64,000 nt of DNA from Mobula hypostoma (GCF_963921235.1 NC_086109.1:21826001-21890000), one strand, 5' to 3'; positions 51,600-64,000 are shown, numbered from the stretch's first letter. Notes: generated by a model not told the origin, from the sequence alone. Made by a program: numbers and translations.

Positions 51600-53280
51600 G
51601 TTTGCAGATCCAGCCTTTGACCAATCAATAACTCTCCACTGAATTTCCTTGCATAATCAAAATTTCCCCAATATTCACTGCCAAGTACCAAATCCTCCCA
51701 AGTTACCAGCTGTCCCTACAGCCTGTCCACACAATAACTTTACCATAAATGCCCCTAAATGATCACCTACTCTCTTCCAATGCCAGCCTACCAGCCAATC
51801 AGCATCCACTCTCAGCCTGTCATCTATAACCAATCTCCAAATATCCTCCACCAGATGCCTAGAACTTCAACAACCAGCAATCATCCTCAAAACCTCCAGC
51901 TAATTACATCCTCCCCAGAATAACCATCAATTCATCAATTCAACCCATCAATGAACCAGCACATCTCCTTATAAACAATTCTCCTCAACCTAATCCAACA
52001 CCAACTGTCTCCAATATCCATAATTTTACCTTCCCCTTGTGCTGTTTACCAAATACCAACTTTCCCTGGGTCTCTTTCTAACCATGAATTTAGCCCAAGA
52101 CATCTCATGAACTGGACTCTTCTCACTGGACTCATGCAACTCTCCCAGGTCCTCTCACCAACCGGTAACTCTAGCCAGGGCCTCTGACTGTCCATCAACC
52201 CATCCCCATTCCCCAGTCAGCCACCAAATCTCCCCTGGACCTGTTGCCAACACCAACCTCTATCCTGGACTTCCTACCGACCATCAACCCTGCCCAGGGC
52301 ACCCAACCAATCCCCAACTGTCTCCAGGGCCCTTAATTATGCAACTAACTCTCCACATGACCTCTAAACAACACCAACTCTCCCTAGGTCTTTCAATCAA
52401 CTCTCTCCAGGTCCTTCAACCAATCACCAACTAACTCTCTCTGGATCCTCCAGCTGACCACCAACACTCCCACATCTTCCAATCAAGCAGCAATGTTCTC
52501 CAGTCATCTAAACAACCAGCAGTTCTCTCCACTCAAGAACAAACTTTTTATAATACATCCAATCAACGTGAACTCTGCCTGGTACACCTAAGTGTTATTT
52601 CTTTACAGTAAATCTAATCAACAACATCTCTTACCAGTTTTCAGATGAACTCTCACCTGTATCCATAATTTCAATTCTCCCTCCTACCCTAACCGTGCAC
52701 AAACTCACCCCAGCACCTCTCTTCAATCACTTACCTTCCCCAGGACATCCACCCAGCGTTCAAGATCTCTGAAGCCACCAATGCTTGCCGGTACGCGTAA
52801 TAAACCAGAAACCCTCTCGGGGCGTCTGACCAAATCCCAATTCTCCCCAACACCCAATTTTTCCAGAGGTTCCAACTGCTCAGCAAATCACCTCAAGACC
52901 CTCGAAGAACCACCATCTCTAAGATCTCCAGCTAACTAACCAGCAATACTCACCGCGACTATCTCTGAGCAACTATCAACTCACCTGAACTCTCCCCAGT
53001 ATCCCTGACGATCACTGAAGATCTCAGTGGCCTCTGACCAATCTCCAATTCTCCCCAGGAACTTCCCCTAGTACCTTTAGCCCGTCGCTTGCTCTCTTCA
53101 GTAATCCTGAACCTGCCTCCCCCTACTCTCCCCAATATCCCAAATGTCATCTCGAGCAATGACAACCTCTCCTCAGCACAGTCAAGCTACCATTAATTTC
53201 CCCAGATCACCCACCAAACACCCAAACCCCGTTCAAGTCTCCCCCTTTCCCTGACAAACCCCCTAGGAGCTTCAATTTCT
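51600..53280. repeat. Degenerate ~30-bp tandem repeat, C/A-rich on the + strand
   Basis: Recurring units such as AACTCTCCCAGGTCCTCTCACCAACCGGT, AACTCTAGCCAGGGCCTCTGACTGTCCATC and AACCCTGCCCAGGGCACCCAACCAATCCCC; clearest at 52050-52560. Confidence 0.7.
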
Positions 53281-53299
53281 GCTCAGCTACCTTCATGAA

Positions 53300-54550
53300 G
53301 TGGCGTCAACTCTCCGCGTTTACTTCCTATGCGACCTACTGTAGTGTCGAGCAGAAAATGTGCTCGCAGCAATAACTCCCAGTCCGAGTACCCAATTTTA
53401 CACGTGGCCGGATGAGGCACCGAAACAGGAAACCTTCAATATGACTGTTCGTTCAGAAAGTCAGAATAAAAAGCAACTCGATGGTAAGCGAGGCGTTTTG
53501 CTGTAACAGTGGGGACTGAAGGAAACGCGTGCAGGTGGGTAGCCCACAGGGGAGGATGGTTACCCCGGCAAAACCGCAGACGGGACGCTGAGAGCCACTA
53601 CCGTTCCCTCAAACAAAGCGCACGGGACTGACTGCACGCTGACAACCACTAAGTAGACAGAAAACCGCTCTACGTGATGGTCCACGCCAAAAACAACAAG
53701 TTTTCCAACTATAGATGGAGAATTGAGATTTACCAGGTTTTTTTTATTAATGCACACAAGAAGTGTAAGAGTAACACATACAAAATGCTGAAGGAATTCA
53801 GCAGATCAGAAAGCACCTCTTCTCTCGAAAGGGAAAAAGAGTCGACGTTCTGGGCCGAGACCCTTCATCAAGATAGTGAAAATACATTATTTAGCTTAAG
53901 CCCATTACATAAAAAGCGAAGCGCAGGCTGGAACTACAGACCTTTCGCTGAGCTGCTGTTAGACAGAGCGCGGCCTCAGCTTTCCACTCCAGACGCGAAG
54001 TATGAATCGCGCTAACTTCACTCCTCCCCCTTTGCTCGCAAGCAGGCTAATTGTAAAGTGCATTGCAGCCTAAGCAGGAAGTCTAGCCTTCGAGATTTGA
54101 CGAGTACTCCTGACGCTTACACACTTCACACATCATCCAAAACCAAACCCTTTCCTCGCTGGACATAGGAAGTGACAGATATTGGAACCTGGAGCAAAAT
54201 ACGTATATGTAGATACCCGAGAAGGAAGGCTACCGGAGGACCTCGCGGAATAGCATAAACAGTCCTCGTTTTCATCGATGCCGCCTGACCTGCTGAGTTC
54301 CTCCAGCGTTTTATGTGTGTTGTTTGGATTTCCAGCATCTGCAGACTTTCTCCTGTTTGCGAGCTGAGTTAGGGGAGCGCTTTGTGCGGAGACCCTGCCT
54401 CATCCGATGCTGGTCGACCCGCCGTGTCCCTCTTGGTTTTATTTTTGCTTCCTTGACCCCTGTTTGAGGGCGGAATCGCCTGGGTGAGGGGGGGGGCGGT
54501 GATAAAGCATCATACTAGGAATTCAGTGGATGAGGCGAAATCGCCTCCGG
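53300..54550. promoter_or_regulatory. CpG-rich candidate promoter / first-exon region of SLC16A1
   Basis: Visibly CpG-enriched, largely non-repeat. E-box CACGTG 53401, TACGTG 53671, ETS-like GGAAGT 54168, GC boxes GGGCGG at about 54468 and 54494. Lies upstream of the first coding exon, which needs a non-coding exon. Confidence 0.6.
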
Positions 54551-54586
54551 GCTGTTCAAGAATTTCAGTTTAACTATGGTTTCCCC

Positions 54587-55690
54587 GTATTGATGTTAAG
54601 GATACTATCAGAACGAGTTATTCAAGTGCAAAAAGATTCATTTGTTTGTTTTATCGACTACACAAAAGCATTTGATAAAGTGAAGCACAATAAGTTATTT
54701 GAAATATTACAGAAAACTCTAGATCTAGATTCGAAAGACCTCCGCCTAATCAGAAATCTGTACTGGGAACAAACTGCCGCTGTAAGAATAGATGGAGAAG
54801 TGAGTCAGTTTACGAAAATCAAGAGAGGTGTTAGACAAGGGTGTGTTTTCTCCCCTGATTTGTTTAATGTATACAGTGAAACAATATTACAAAAAATAAG
54901 AGACACCTTAGGAATCAAAGTTGGCGGTGAAAACATCAATAATTTCAGATATGCAGATGACACTGTTAATTGCAAGTACGGAGGAAGAACTACAAAACTT
55001 AATTGATATAATTGTTGAAGAAAGTGCAAAAATGGGTCTACCTATCAATTGTAAAAAGACAGAATGTATGGTGATATCCAAAAAGAGGAAGAATCCCATA
55101 TGCAGGCTGAGAATAAATGGGGAAGACATAAAACAAGTACAGAACTTTTGCTACATTAAAAGAAGAATAGGGATGGCAAAAGACACCTTTACGAGAATGA
55201 AGAGCATACTGACCAATACTAAACTAGGCATGACAACCCGCCTCAGAGTACTGAAAGGTTACGTTTATCCAGTTATGTTATATGGTTCAGAATGTTGGAC
55301 AATATCTAATAACATGAGGAAACGAATTGTAGCAGCAGAGATGTGGTTTTTGAGGAGTATGCAAAGAATATCATGGACGAAATGAATATCTAACAAGGAT
55401 GTCATGAACAGAGCAAACACAAAAAGAGAAATAATGTGTGAGATCATGAAAAGACAACGTAACTTCATTGGACATGTGATTAGGAAAGAGGAGTTAGAAT
55501 GCACGGTAATTATGGGAAAGATTGAAGGGAAGAAAGCAAGAGGAAGACAAAGACAAATGATGATGGAGACAGCAGCCAGAGAACTGGAAATGAATACCAA
55601 TGAATTGATCCACTTGACCTGAAACAGGAGTGTGTGGGCCATGGCAGTCAAAGCTCAAACTGGGCACGGCACCTGATGATGATGATAATG
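54587..55690 (+). mobile_element. RTE-clade LINE, 5'-truncated
   Basis: FIDYTKAFDKV, RGVRQGCVFSPDLFN, FRYADD, MLYGSECW; (TGA)n tail; TSD ATGGTTTCCCC / ATGGGTTCCCC (54576-54586, 55691-55701). Confidence 0.92.
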
Positions 55691-55704
55691 ATGGGTTCCC
55701 CAGG

Positions 55705-56095
55705 AAGTCTGGCATGTAGCTTCCAATCTGATAGCATGAATATCAATTTCTCCTTCTGATTATCAAATCCCCTCCATCGCCACCCAACTCTGAACTTTTA
55801 CCTCTTCTCACCTGCCTATTTTTTCCAATGATCCACTCTCATCTCCTGTCAGATTCTTTTGTCTCTATCCCTTGACGTTTCCCATCCTCCTGGCTTCACC
55901 TATCACCTTCCAGCTCGCCACTTTCCCTCCACCACCTCTTTATTCTGGCACCCTCCTTCCCAGTCCTGAAGGAGAGTCTCGGCCTGAAACGTCGACTGTT
56001 TATTTTCATTTCCATAGCCTGGCATGCTGAGTTCCTCCAGCACTTTGTGGGTGTTGCTTTGGATTTCCTGCCTCGGCAGACTTTCTCCTGTTCAC
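55705..56095 (+). mobile_element. Older Penelope-like 3' end with hammerhead variant
   Basis: GMN-like ORF end followed by the tail; cagtcCTGAAGGagagtctcggcctGAAACGTCgactg at 55961-55998. Confidence 0.75.
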
Positions 56096-57529
56096 GTAAT
56101 AGAAACCCGCGTGGTGCATTCCTCCCCACTGGATACTTTGTTCGTGGTTCCTGCAGTTCACTTCACTGCTGATTCACAACCACCTTGCTCAGTGGCAAGC
56201 CTCGAGCTACAAAAGATCATAACATGTGCAGAGATTAAGAATCATATTTGGCTCTCCACTCTGTCTGCCACTCATTAGCTCACATTTGTTGATCTGTATC
56301 ACAATTTCACTTAACTATTCTCTGCCCCATCTTCTCTGATCTCGCAGTTTGGATTTTTCACAGCCTTTTATGGAAACAGGTGTCAGATTTCTTTTGCAAA
56401 TTGGTTGTCCATCTTTGCGTGTATTTTTTCATTGATTCCATTGTGTTTCTTTGTATCTGATGTGAGTGCCTGCAAGATAATGTATCTCAGGGTAGTATAT
56501 GGTGACATATATATACTTTGATAATGAATTTACTTTGATTTCTACTATTTGACATGACATAGGAGCAGAAATAGGCCCATTGAGTCTGCTCCACCATTCA
56601 ATCATGGATGGTACTTTTTTTAACCCCTCCACAGCCTTCTTCACAAAACAATCTATTCTTTTGTGTAGGAGATAGTAAATTGGAAAAAGTGGTTACTGTT
56701 GTCACGTGTACCGAGGTACAATGAAAAACATGTCTTGCTTACCGTCCACAATGATGAATTCATTACAATGGTATATTGAGGCAGTACAAGGGAAAACAAC
56801 ACCAGAATGAAGGGTAAGTGGTACAGTACAGAGAAAATGTAGACATTAAGAATACTACAAGGTAGACTGTGAGGTCAATAATCCATCTTATTGTACTAGG
56901 GAAGTATTCAATTGGTCATGTGATTAAATTTCTAGATAAATTCGTTAACACAAAGGGTTCTGCAGATGCTGGATATCCAACTCTCAGGTTCAAGGAGCAA
57001 TTCATATTCCAATTCGGTAGCCTTCAACCTGGGCAAGAGCATCGACTTCTCTAACTTCCAGAATGATCAGTCCCCTAGTACAAGGAGATTGGCACCTGGC
57101 CTCATAATTTTCTCCGTTAGCACCTTACACCTTATTGCCCACCTGCACTGCACTTTCATTGTTGCTGTAATACTTCATTCTGCATTCAGTTACCACTTTA
57201 CCTTTCAGTACCTCCATGCACCTTTGCAAGTTTTAAATGCAAACAAAAAAAAACTTGGTTTGCATACCATCCTATCAATACAGATTATGATGAAATTATC
57301 TATATGAACAATATGCAAAGTATCTTTAAGGATGAGGATGGTTCTGTAACAGTCTTGCTGCCAGATCTATTTCAGATCAGTAAATTCTACTTGCTGATTT
57401 GAAGATTACAAAGGCCACTGTCTTCCAGAACCTGCAGACTTGACCTGAGAAGCTATAAATGACAGCACACAAGAGTTAGGATACAAATACATGGTTTTAT
57501 GAAAGTGAAGACACAGTCAGACAGACTAG

Positions 57530-58135
57530 TGCAATAAGCATTGGCACGTATGCCTTCATCAGTCACGGCTTTGATACATGTTACAATTGTACAAGATGTT
57601 GGTGAAACCACACTTTGAGTATTATGTGCAGTTCTGACTACCTAGTCATAGAAAGGATGTCATTAAGCTGAAAAGGGTGCAGAAACAATTCTTAAGGATG
57701 TTACTAGATCTAGACGACATGAGCTATAAGGAGAAACTGGATTCTCCAGGGTGTTTTTCCTAAAGTGTAAGAGGCTAAGGGGTGTCCTAATAGAAGTATA
57801 TGAAATCATGAGGTGATTGGTGAGTCTTTCTCTCAGAGCAGAGGAGTTTCAGACTAGAGGGCACAGATTTAAGATGAGATGGAGAAAGGGTATCTGAGGG
57901 GCAATTTTTTCCACACAAAGGGCGGTGCGTATATGGCATGAGTTGTCAGAGGAGGTGGTAGAGGTGGATACAATTATATCATTTAAGGGACATGTGGAAA
58001 GGTACATGGATAGGAAAGTTTTAGAGGGATGTGGGTTCATTACAGGCAAATGGGTCTAACAGGTAGGTAACATGGTAGGCATGGATGAGTTGGGCCAAAT
58101 GGCATATTCCCATGCTGTATCATTCCATGACTCTG
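57530..58135 (+). mobile_element. CR1-type LINE 3' fragment
   Basis: Encodes remnants LVKPHFEYYVQF, LKRVQKQF, RLRGVLIEVYEIM; CR1-like tail. Confidence 0.8.
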
Positions 58136-59655
58136 TGTCAGATAAAGTTTCGGAAGATGATGGCTTCCTGGCTGAGCGGTAGTTGGCTCCTCATGACTGG
58201 ACTGGTTTAGATCAACATACTTCCAGTTGCTTGTTGGAATCCACGAGGAAAAGCGTCAAACCCCTCATCCAGAAGAGAAAGGAGAGAAAGAAGCAATCAG
58301 AAATTAGTGACCTATTTCACCATCTTAATATGGCTTACAAGGTTCCATCCAAGGTCAATGCCAATTTGTCATATCAACTGCAACAACAAACTACTGGAGG
58401 AGCTTAGTGTGTTTAGCAGCATCTGTGGAGACAATGAAATGGTGGACACTTCAGGTTGAGACATGGCATCAGGACCAGACCAAAAATGTCAGCCATTTCT
58501 TTGCCTCCACAAACGCTGCTTGACCTGCTGAGTACCTCCAACTGTTTTTCTTTAATCCATATTCCAGCATCTGTAGTCTCTGATGTCATACCAACCTTGG
58601 GTCTTGTCTTTTCTTCTGATCAAATCCCTACTGTCCCCCAGCAAGAAGAACTCTGACAGCCTTGTTTGCACACCTTAGGAATATAACTGCCTACAATCAA
58701 GTTCAAGTTTAATTGTCATTCAACTATTCACAAATACCCATGAATACAACCAAACAAAACAGTGTCGATCCGGGGCTGAGAGTTGCCAGCTCGATGCTCA
58801 ACCAGCATGGATGAAAAGTGTGCAAGGAGCCAAAGAGCCGGCCGGGTTCAATCCTGGGACCAATCACCTCGAAATCCGGTGCTGAGGCTAGTATACCACC
58901 AGCCAGCTGCAGTACGTACTATATACTGTATGACAACAATAAAATACAGTCACACAGAAAAATATATATAATCCAAGCTCCCGAGTCCATGAATGTTCCA
59001 GCAGTCTGCAGTCAAACACAATACACCTTGTCTTTTGCTGAGCAAACACGCGAGGGCAGCACCTGTGCCAGCATGGACGCCACACCATATTGCCTCTGGC
59101 ACTCCAGTAGAGCGCCACAACTTTGACACCTCTCTCCTGGGCAGCTGCAGGTCAAGTGGGTAAACACTAGCTTACTAGCAGAAGGCCTTTGGTAGAATAT
59201 TGCACATATACATGGTAAAGGATGTAAGAAGTACAAGCAGGAGTGAGATATTCAGCCCGCCTTGCCAGTTTAAGGCCTCACTATATACGGAATGTGAAAT
59301 CCTCTCAGACATTTTGTTCAGGGTATGTGTGCAAAAGGAAAATTGGTGTCATGCTAATGAAATCGAAATAGAATAATATGGATCATATGAAGAAGGGGCA
59401 CAGCAATGTACGTGTAGTGTTCTCTCGCAACAAATTTCATAACTAACATATATCTATTACAAGGAAAAGAAATGCTCCCACACCCACACACTTACTCAAC
59501 AATTACCAAATCATTTGTTCACAGATCTGTACAAAGTGGTTAAGCAGCTGAAAGTGCTTTGAAGATTATAGTAGCTAGACCCCACCCCTGTGAAAACAGC
59601 GGGTCGTTTATTGTGAAAGAGGGAGCGGAAAACTTAACCCTATTTTCACCGGCAG

Positions 59656-60798
59656 AGTCATAGTCATAGTCATAGTCATACTTTATTGATCCCAGGGGAA
59701 ATTGGTTTTCGTTACAGTTGCACCATAAATAGTTAAATAGTATAAAACCATAAATAATTAAATAGTAATATGTAAATTATGCCAGGAAATAAGTCCAGGA
59801 CCAGCCTATTGGCTCAGGGTGTCTGACCCTCCAAGGGAGGAGTTGTAAAGTTTGATGGCCACAGGCAGGAATGACTTCCTATGACGCTCTGTGTTGCATC
59901 TCGGTGGAATGAGTCTCTGGGTGAATGTACTCCTGTGCCCACCCAGTACATTATGTAGTGGATGGGAGACATTGTCCAAAACGGCATGCCACTTGGACAG
60001 CATCCTCTTTTCAAAAAACACCATCAGAGAGTCCAGTTCCATCCCCACAACATCACTGGCCTCACAAATGAGTTTGTTGATTCTGTCCCAGCACACAACA
60101 GCAAACATGATAGCACTGGCCACCACAGACTCGTAGAACATTCTCAGCATCGTCCAGCAGATGTTAAAGGACCTCAGTCTCCTCAGGAAATAGAGACGGC
60201 TCTGACCCTTCTTGTAGACAGCCTCAGTGTTCTTTGACCAGTCCAGTTTATTGTCAATTCGTAACCCCACGTATTTGTAATCCTCCACCATGTCCACACT
60301 GACCCCCTGGAAGGAAACAGGGGTCACCAGTGCCTTAGCTCTCCTCAGGTCTACCACCAGCTCCTTAGTCTTTTTCACATTAAGCTGCAGATAATTCTGC
60401 TCACACCATGTGACAAAGTTTCCTACCGTAGCCCTGTACTCAGCCTCATCTCCCTTGCTGATGCATCCAACTGTGGCAGAGTCATCAGAAAACTTCTGAA
60501 GATGACAAGACTCTGTGCAGTAGTTGAAGTCTGAGGTGTAAATGGTGAAGAGAAAGGGAGACAAGACTGTCCCCTGTGGAGCCCCAGTGCTGCTGATCAC
60601 TCTGTCGGACACACAGTGTTGCAAGCACACGTACTGTGGTCTGCCAGTCAGGTAATCAAGAATCCATGACACCAGGGAAGCATTCACCTGCATCGCTGTC
60701 AGCTTCTCCCCCAGCAGAGCAGGGCGGATGGTGTTGAATGCACTGGAGAAGTCAAAAAACATGACCCTCACAATGCTCGCTGGCTCGTCCAGGTGGGC
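59656..60798 (-). mobile_element. Rex1/Babar-type LINE, 5'-truncated, young
   Basis: ORF 59806-60771 (FFDFSSAFNTI, TGAPQGTVLSPFLF, KFSDDS); (ATGACT)n tail. Confidence 0.92.
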
Positions 60799-61840
60799 AG
60801 TACTTTTTATTTTCTAATCGAGATAAAATGTGGAGTGGGCACATCCAGCCCTTCGAGCCATGCCACCTAGCAACCCCCCATTTAACCCTCGCCTAATCAC
60901 AGGACAATTTACAATGATCAATTAGCCTACTAACCAGTATCTCCTTGGACTGTAGGAACACCCAGAGGAAGCTTACGCGGAGAACGTACAAGCTCATTAC
61001 AGGCAACAGCTGGAATCGAACCCATGTCGCTAGTGCCGTAAAGTGTGGCGCAAGTTATATAGGAGCCCTGTATTCAGTCTGCTAAACTCCCTGACTACAC
61101 CAGTGTTTCTGCTGCCAGCCTCCCTTACATTGGCAAGCACTGGGATCATTGAGGATGAAAATACAAATTAGGGCCAAGAATCACTGACTCCTCAATCCTG
61201 GCCCACCATGCAAGAGGATAGCATTTGTAATATCCAATCCACATTCTCGCCTGCCATGGGAACTACCCATTGTTTATAAAAACTTAAGTAACTGCCATAA
61301 AAACATTCAAAGGCCCTTTTCCCATTAACTTTTAAGGAAGAGACTATTCTGCATTTAGCTTGCACTAAGGAACTAGTCCAAATAATACCAGTTCATGGAG
61401 TTAGCTGACAGCCTTGTTTGTGCACCTCAGGAATATAACTGCCTACATTCAAGTTCAAGTATTACATCAAAGTATGACTCATAGAAGCAGCAGAACACAG
61501 CACAGAGGGAAGCCACTAAGTCTCTGTCTAAAACCAGCTGGCTTGTGCTCCACAGAAGCCTTCTGCCCTACTTGTCTTATCCTTTCCACAGCCCATCTGC
61601 TCATTTATCACTTATCCACATATCTAGCATTACCACAATTGTACTTCTTGGAATTTGAAGCTGTTAAGGCATCTCTGCATTTTGCAACAACCCCTCTCTT
61701 TGCATCAGACCATTTAAGACCCAAGTTCAAAGTACATTTATACATCAAAGTATGTATACATTTTACAATCTTGAGACTTGTCTCCTAACAGACAGACATG
61801 AAACAAAGAAACCCAAAGTGACCAATAAGTGACCATTGCA

Positions 61841-63889
61841 GTGTGGACTGCAATGTTCCGACAAGAACTGTCTTTTGTTATTCAAATAACAAGACATGGG
61901 TAACAAAGGACATTAAGGACATCCTAAACGCTAAAAAGAGGGCGTTTAGAGATGGAAATAAGGAGCAGCTGAGGGCAATACAGAGGGACCTGAAAGACAG
62001 AATCAGGGAGGCTAAAGACGGGTATAGGAGGAAGCTTGAGTGGAAACTCCAGCAGAGCAACATGAGAGAGGTCTGGAGTGGGATGAGGACCATCACTGGG
62101 TTCCGGCAAACTAGCAACAGAGGAGCTGAAGGCAGTGTGGACAGGGCCAATGAACTTAACCTGTTCTTTAACAGATTTGACATTGTGGCCACTGCCCAAC
62201 CCCCACATGAGTCATCTGTTGTCGGCCCCCAACCAACACATATTCCACTCTCCCCTCCTACCCCTTCTCACAGTCCCCCACCCTGCTCTCATGACTATAC
62301 CCCTTCCCCACACGAAACCACCATGGTGGGCTTCACAGCTGAACAGGTGAGAAGACAGCTGAAACGTCTCAACCCAAGCAAGGCTGCAGGACCGGATGGT
62401 GTCAGTACCAGGGTGCTCAAAGCCTGTACCCCTCAGCTATGTGGAGTACTTCACCATGTCTTCAACCTGAGCCTGAGGCTCCGGAGGGTTCCTGTGCTGT
62501 GGAAGATCTCCTGCCTCGTCCCTGTGCCGAAGATGCCGCGCCCCAGCAGCCTCAATGACTACAGACCGGTGGCATTGACCTCCCACATCATGAAGACCCT
62601 GGAGAGACTTGTTCTGGAGCTGCTCCAGCCTATGGTTAGGCCGCACTTAGATCCCCTCCAGTTTACTAGGAGGAAGTCTGACTAGGAGTTGAGGATGCCA
62701 TCGTCTACCTGCTGAACCGTGTCTACGCTCACCTGGACAAGCCAGTGAGCCCTGTGAGGGTCATGTTTTTTGACTTCTCCAGTGCATTCAACACCATCCG
62801 CCCTGCTCTGCTGGGGGAGAAGCTGACAGCGATGCAGGTGGATGCTTTCCTGGTGTCATGGATTCTTGATTACCTGACTGGCAGACCACAGTACGTGTGC
62901 TTGCAACACTGTGTGTCCGACAGAGTGATCAGCAGCACTGGGGCTCCACAGGGGACTGTCTTGTCTCCCTTTCTCTTCACCATTTACACCTCGGACTTCA
63001 ACTACTGCACAGAGTCTTGTCATCTTCAGAAGTTTTCTGATGACTCTGCCACAGTTGGATGCATCAGCAAGGGAGATGAGGCTGAGTACAGGGCTACAGT
63101 AGGAAACTTTGTCACATGGTGTGAGCAGAATTATCTGCAGCTTAATGTGAAAAAGACTAAGGAGCTGGTGGTAGACCTGAGGAGAGCTAAGGCACTGGTG
63201 ACCCCTGTTTCCATCCAAAGGGTCAGTGTGGACATGGTGGAGGATTACAAATACCTGGGGATACGAATTGACAATAAACTGGACTGGTCAAAGAACACTG
63301 AGGCTGTCTACAAGAAGGGTCAGAGCCGTCTCTATTTCCTGAGGAGACTGAGGTCCTTTAACATCTGTCAGACGATGCTGAGGATGTTCTACGAGTCTGT
63401 GGTGGCCAGTGCTATCATGTTTGCTGTTGTGTGCTGGGGCAGCAGGCTGAGGGTAGCAGACACCAACAGAACCAACAAACTCATTTGTAAGGCCAGTGAT
63501 GTTGTGGGGATGGAACTGGACTCTTTGACGGTGGTGTCTGAAAGTTGGATGCTGTCCAAGTTGCATGCCATTTTGGACAATGTCTCCCATCCACTACATA
63601 ATGTACTGGTTGGGCACAGGAGTACATTCACCCAGAGACTCATTCCACCGAGATGCAACACAGAGCGTCATAAGAAGTCATTCCTGCCTGTGGCCATCAA
63701 ACTTTACAACTCCTCCCTTGGAGGGTCAGACACCCTGAGCCAATAGGCTGGTCCTGGACTTATTTCCTGGCATAATTTACATATTACTATTTAATTATTT
63801 ATGGTTTTATTACTATTTAATTATTTATGGTGCAACTGTAACGAAAACCAATTTCCCCTGGGATCAATAAAGTATGACTATGACTATGA
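61841..63889 (+). mobile_element. Rex1/Babar-type LINE, 5'-truncated, young
   Basis: ORFs 61843-62685 (KAAGPDG, NDYRPVALTS) and 62745-63746 (RT), broken near 62665-62690; (ATGACT)n tail; near-identical to the 59656-60798 copy. Confidence 0.93.
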
Positions 63890-64000
63890 AAAAAGACCTT
63901 CAAACACCCAATATGCAAAGAGAAAAATTAAGGAGTCTGAGACCTGTGGTTTACTTGACTATTCATTTTCAATTTATGTTCATTTTTGCCTTAAATTATT

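Noticed and set aside
52050..52560. CRISPR-like periodicity
   Set aside because: Units are contiguous and degenerate with no constant repeat/unique spacer pattern; eukaryotic context and no cas genes.
61843..63746. Long RT ORFs as host or domesticated genes
   Set aside because: 5'-truncated, disrupted, with microsatellite tails and a near-identical second copy; ordinary LINE insertions.

Overview
Vertebrate genomic DNA. The repeat repertoire (V-SINEs, DeuSINE-like relics, CR1, Rex1/Babar, Penelope-like elements) suggests a cartilaginous fish, probably a ray; this is inference. The only host gene is a minus-strand monocarboxylate transporter, best read as SLC16A1/MCT1. It has three coding exons here (28720-28936, 3654-3797, 1221-2051; 217/144/831 nt, canonical GT-AG, frame-consistent); the last exon lies beyond the left edge. 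A CpG-rich candidate promoter/first-exon region lies at about 53300-54550. The rest is intronic or upstream DNA dense in transposons: young Penelope-like elements (RT + GIY-YIG), two internally deleted hAT elements with 8-bp TSDs, an inverted Rex1/Babar pair, RTE and CR1 fragments, SINEs and LTR-like relics. The most interesting signals are non-coding. (1) About a dozen minimal hammerhead-ribozyme motifs sit in Penelope tails, several in tail-out palindromes. (2) Two copies of a non-autonomous retroelement fold as an HDV-like ribozyme with an extra hairpin at L3. (3) A foldback element is built from two like ends of an LTR-like element. (4) A strand-skewed ~30-bp degenerate repeat rich in 5' splice-site motifs sits next to the candidate promoter. 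All calls were made by eye; no searches were run.
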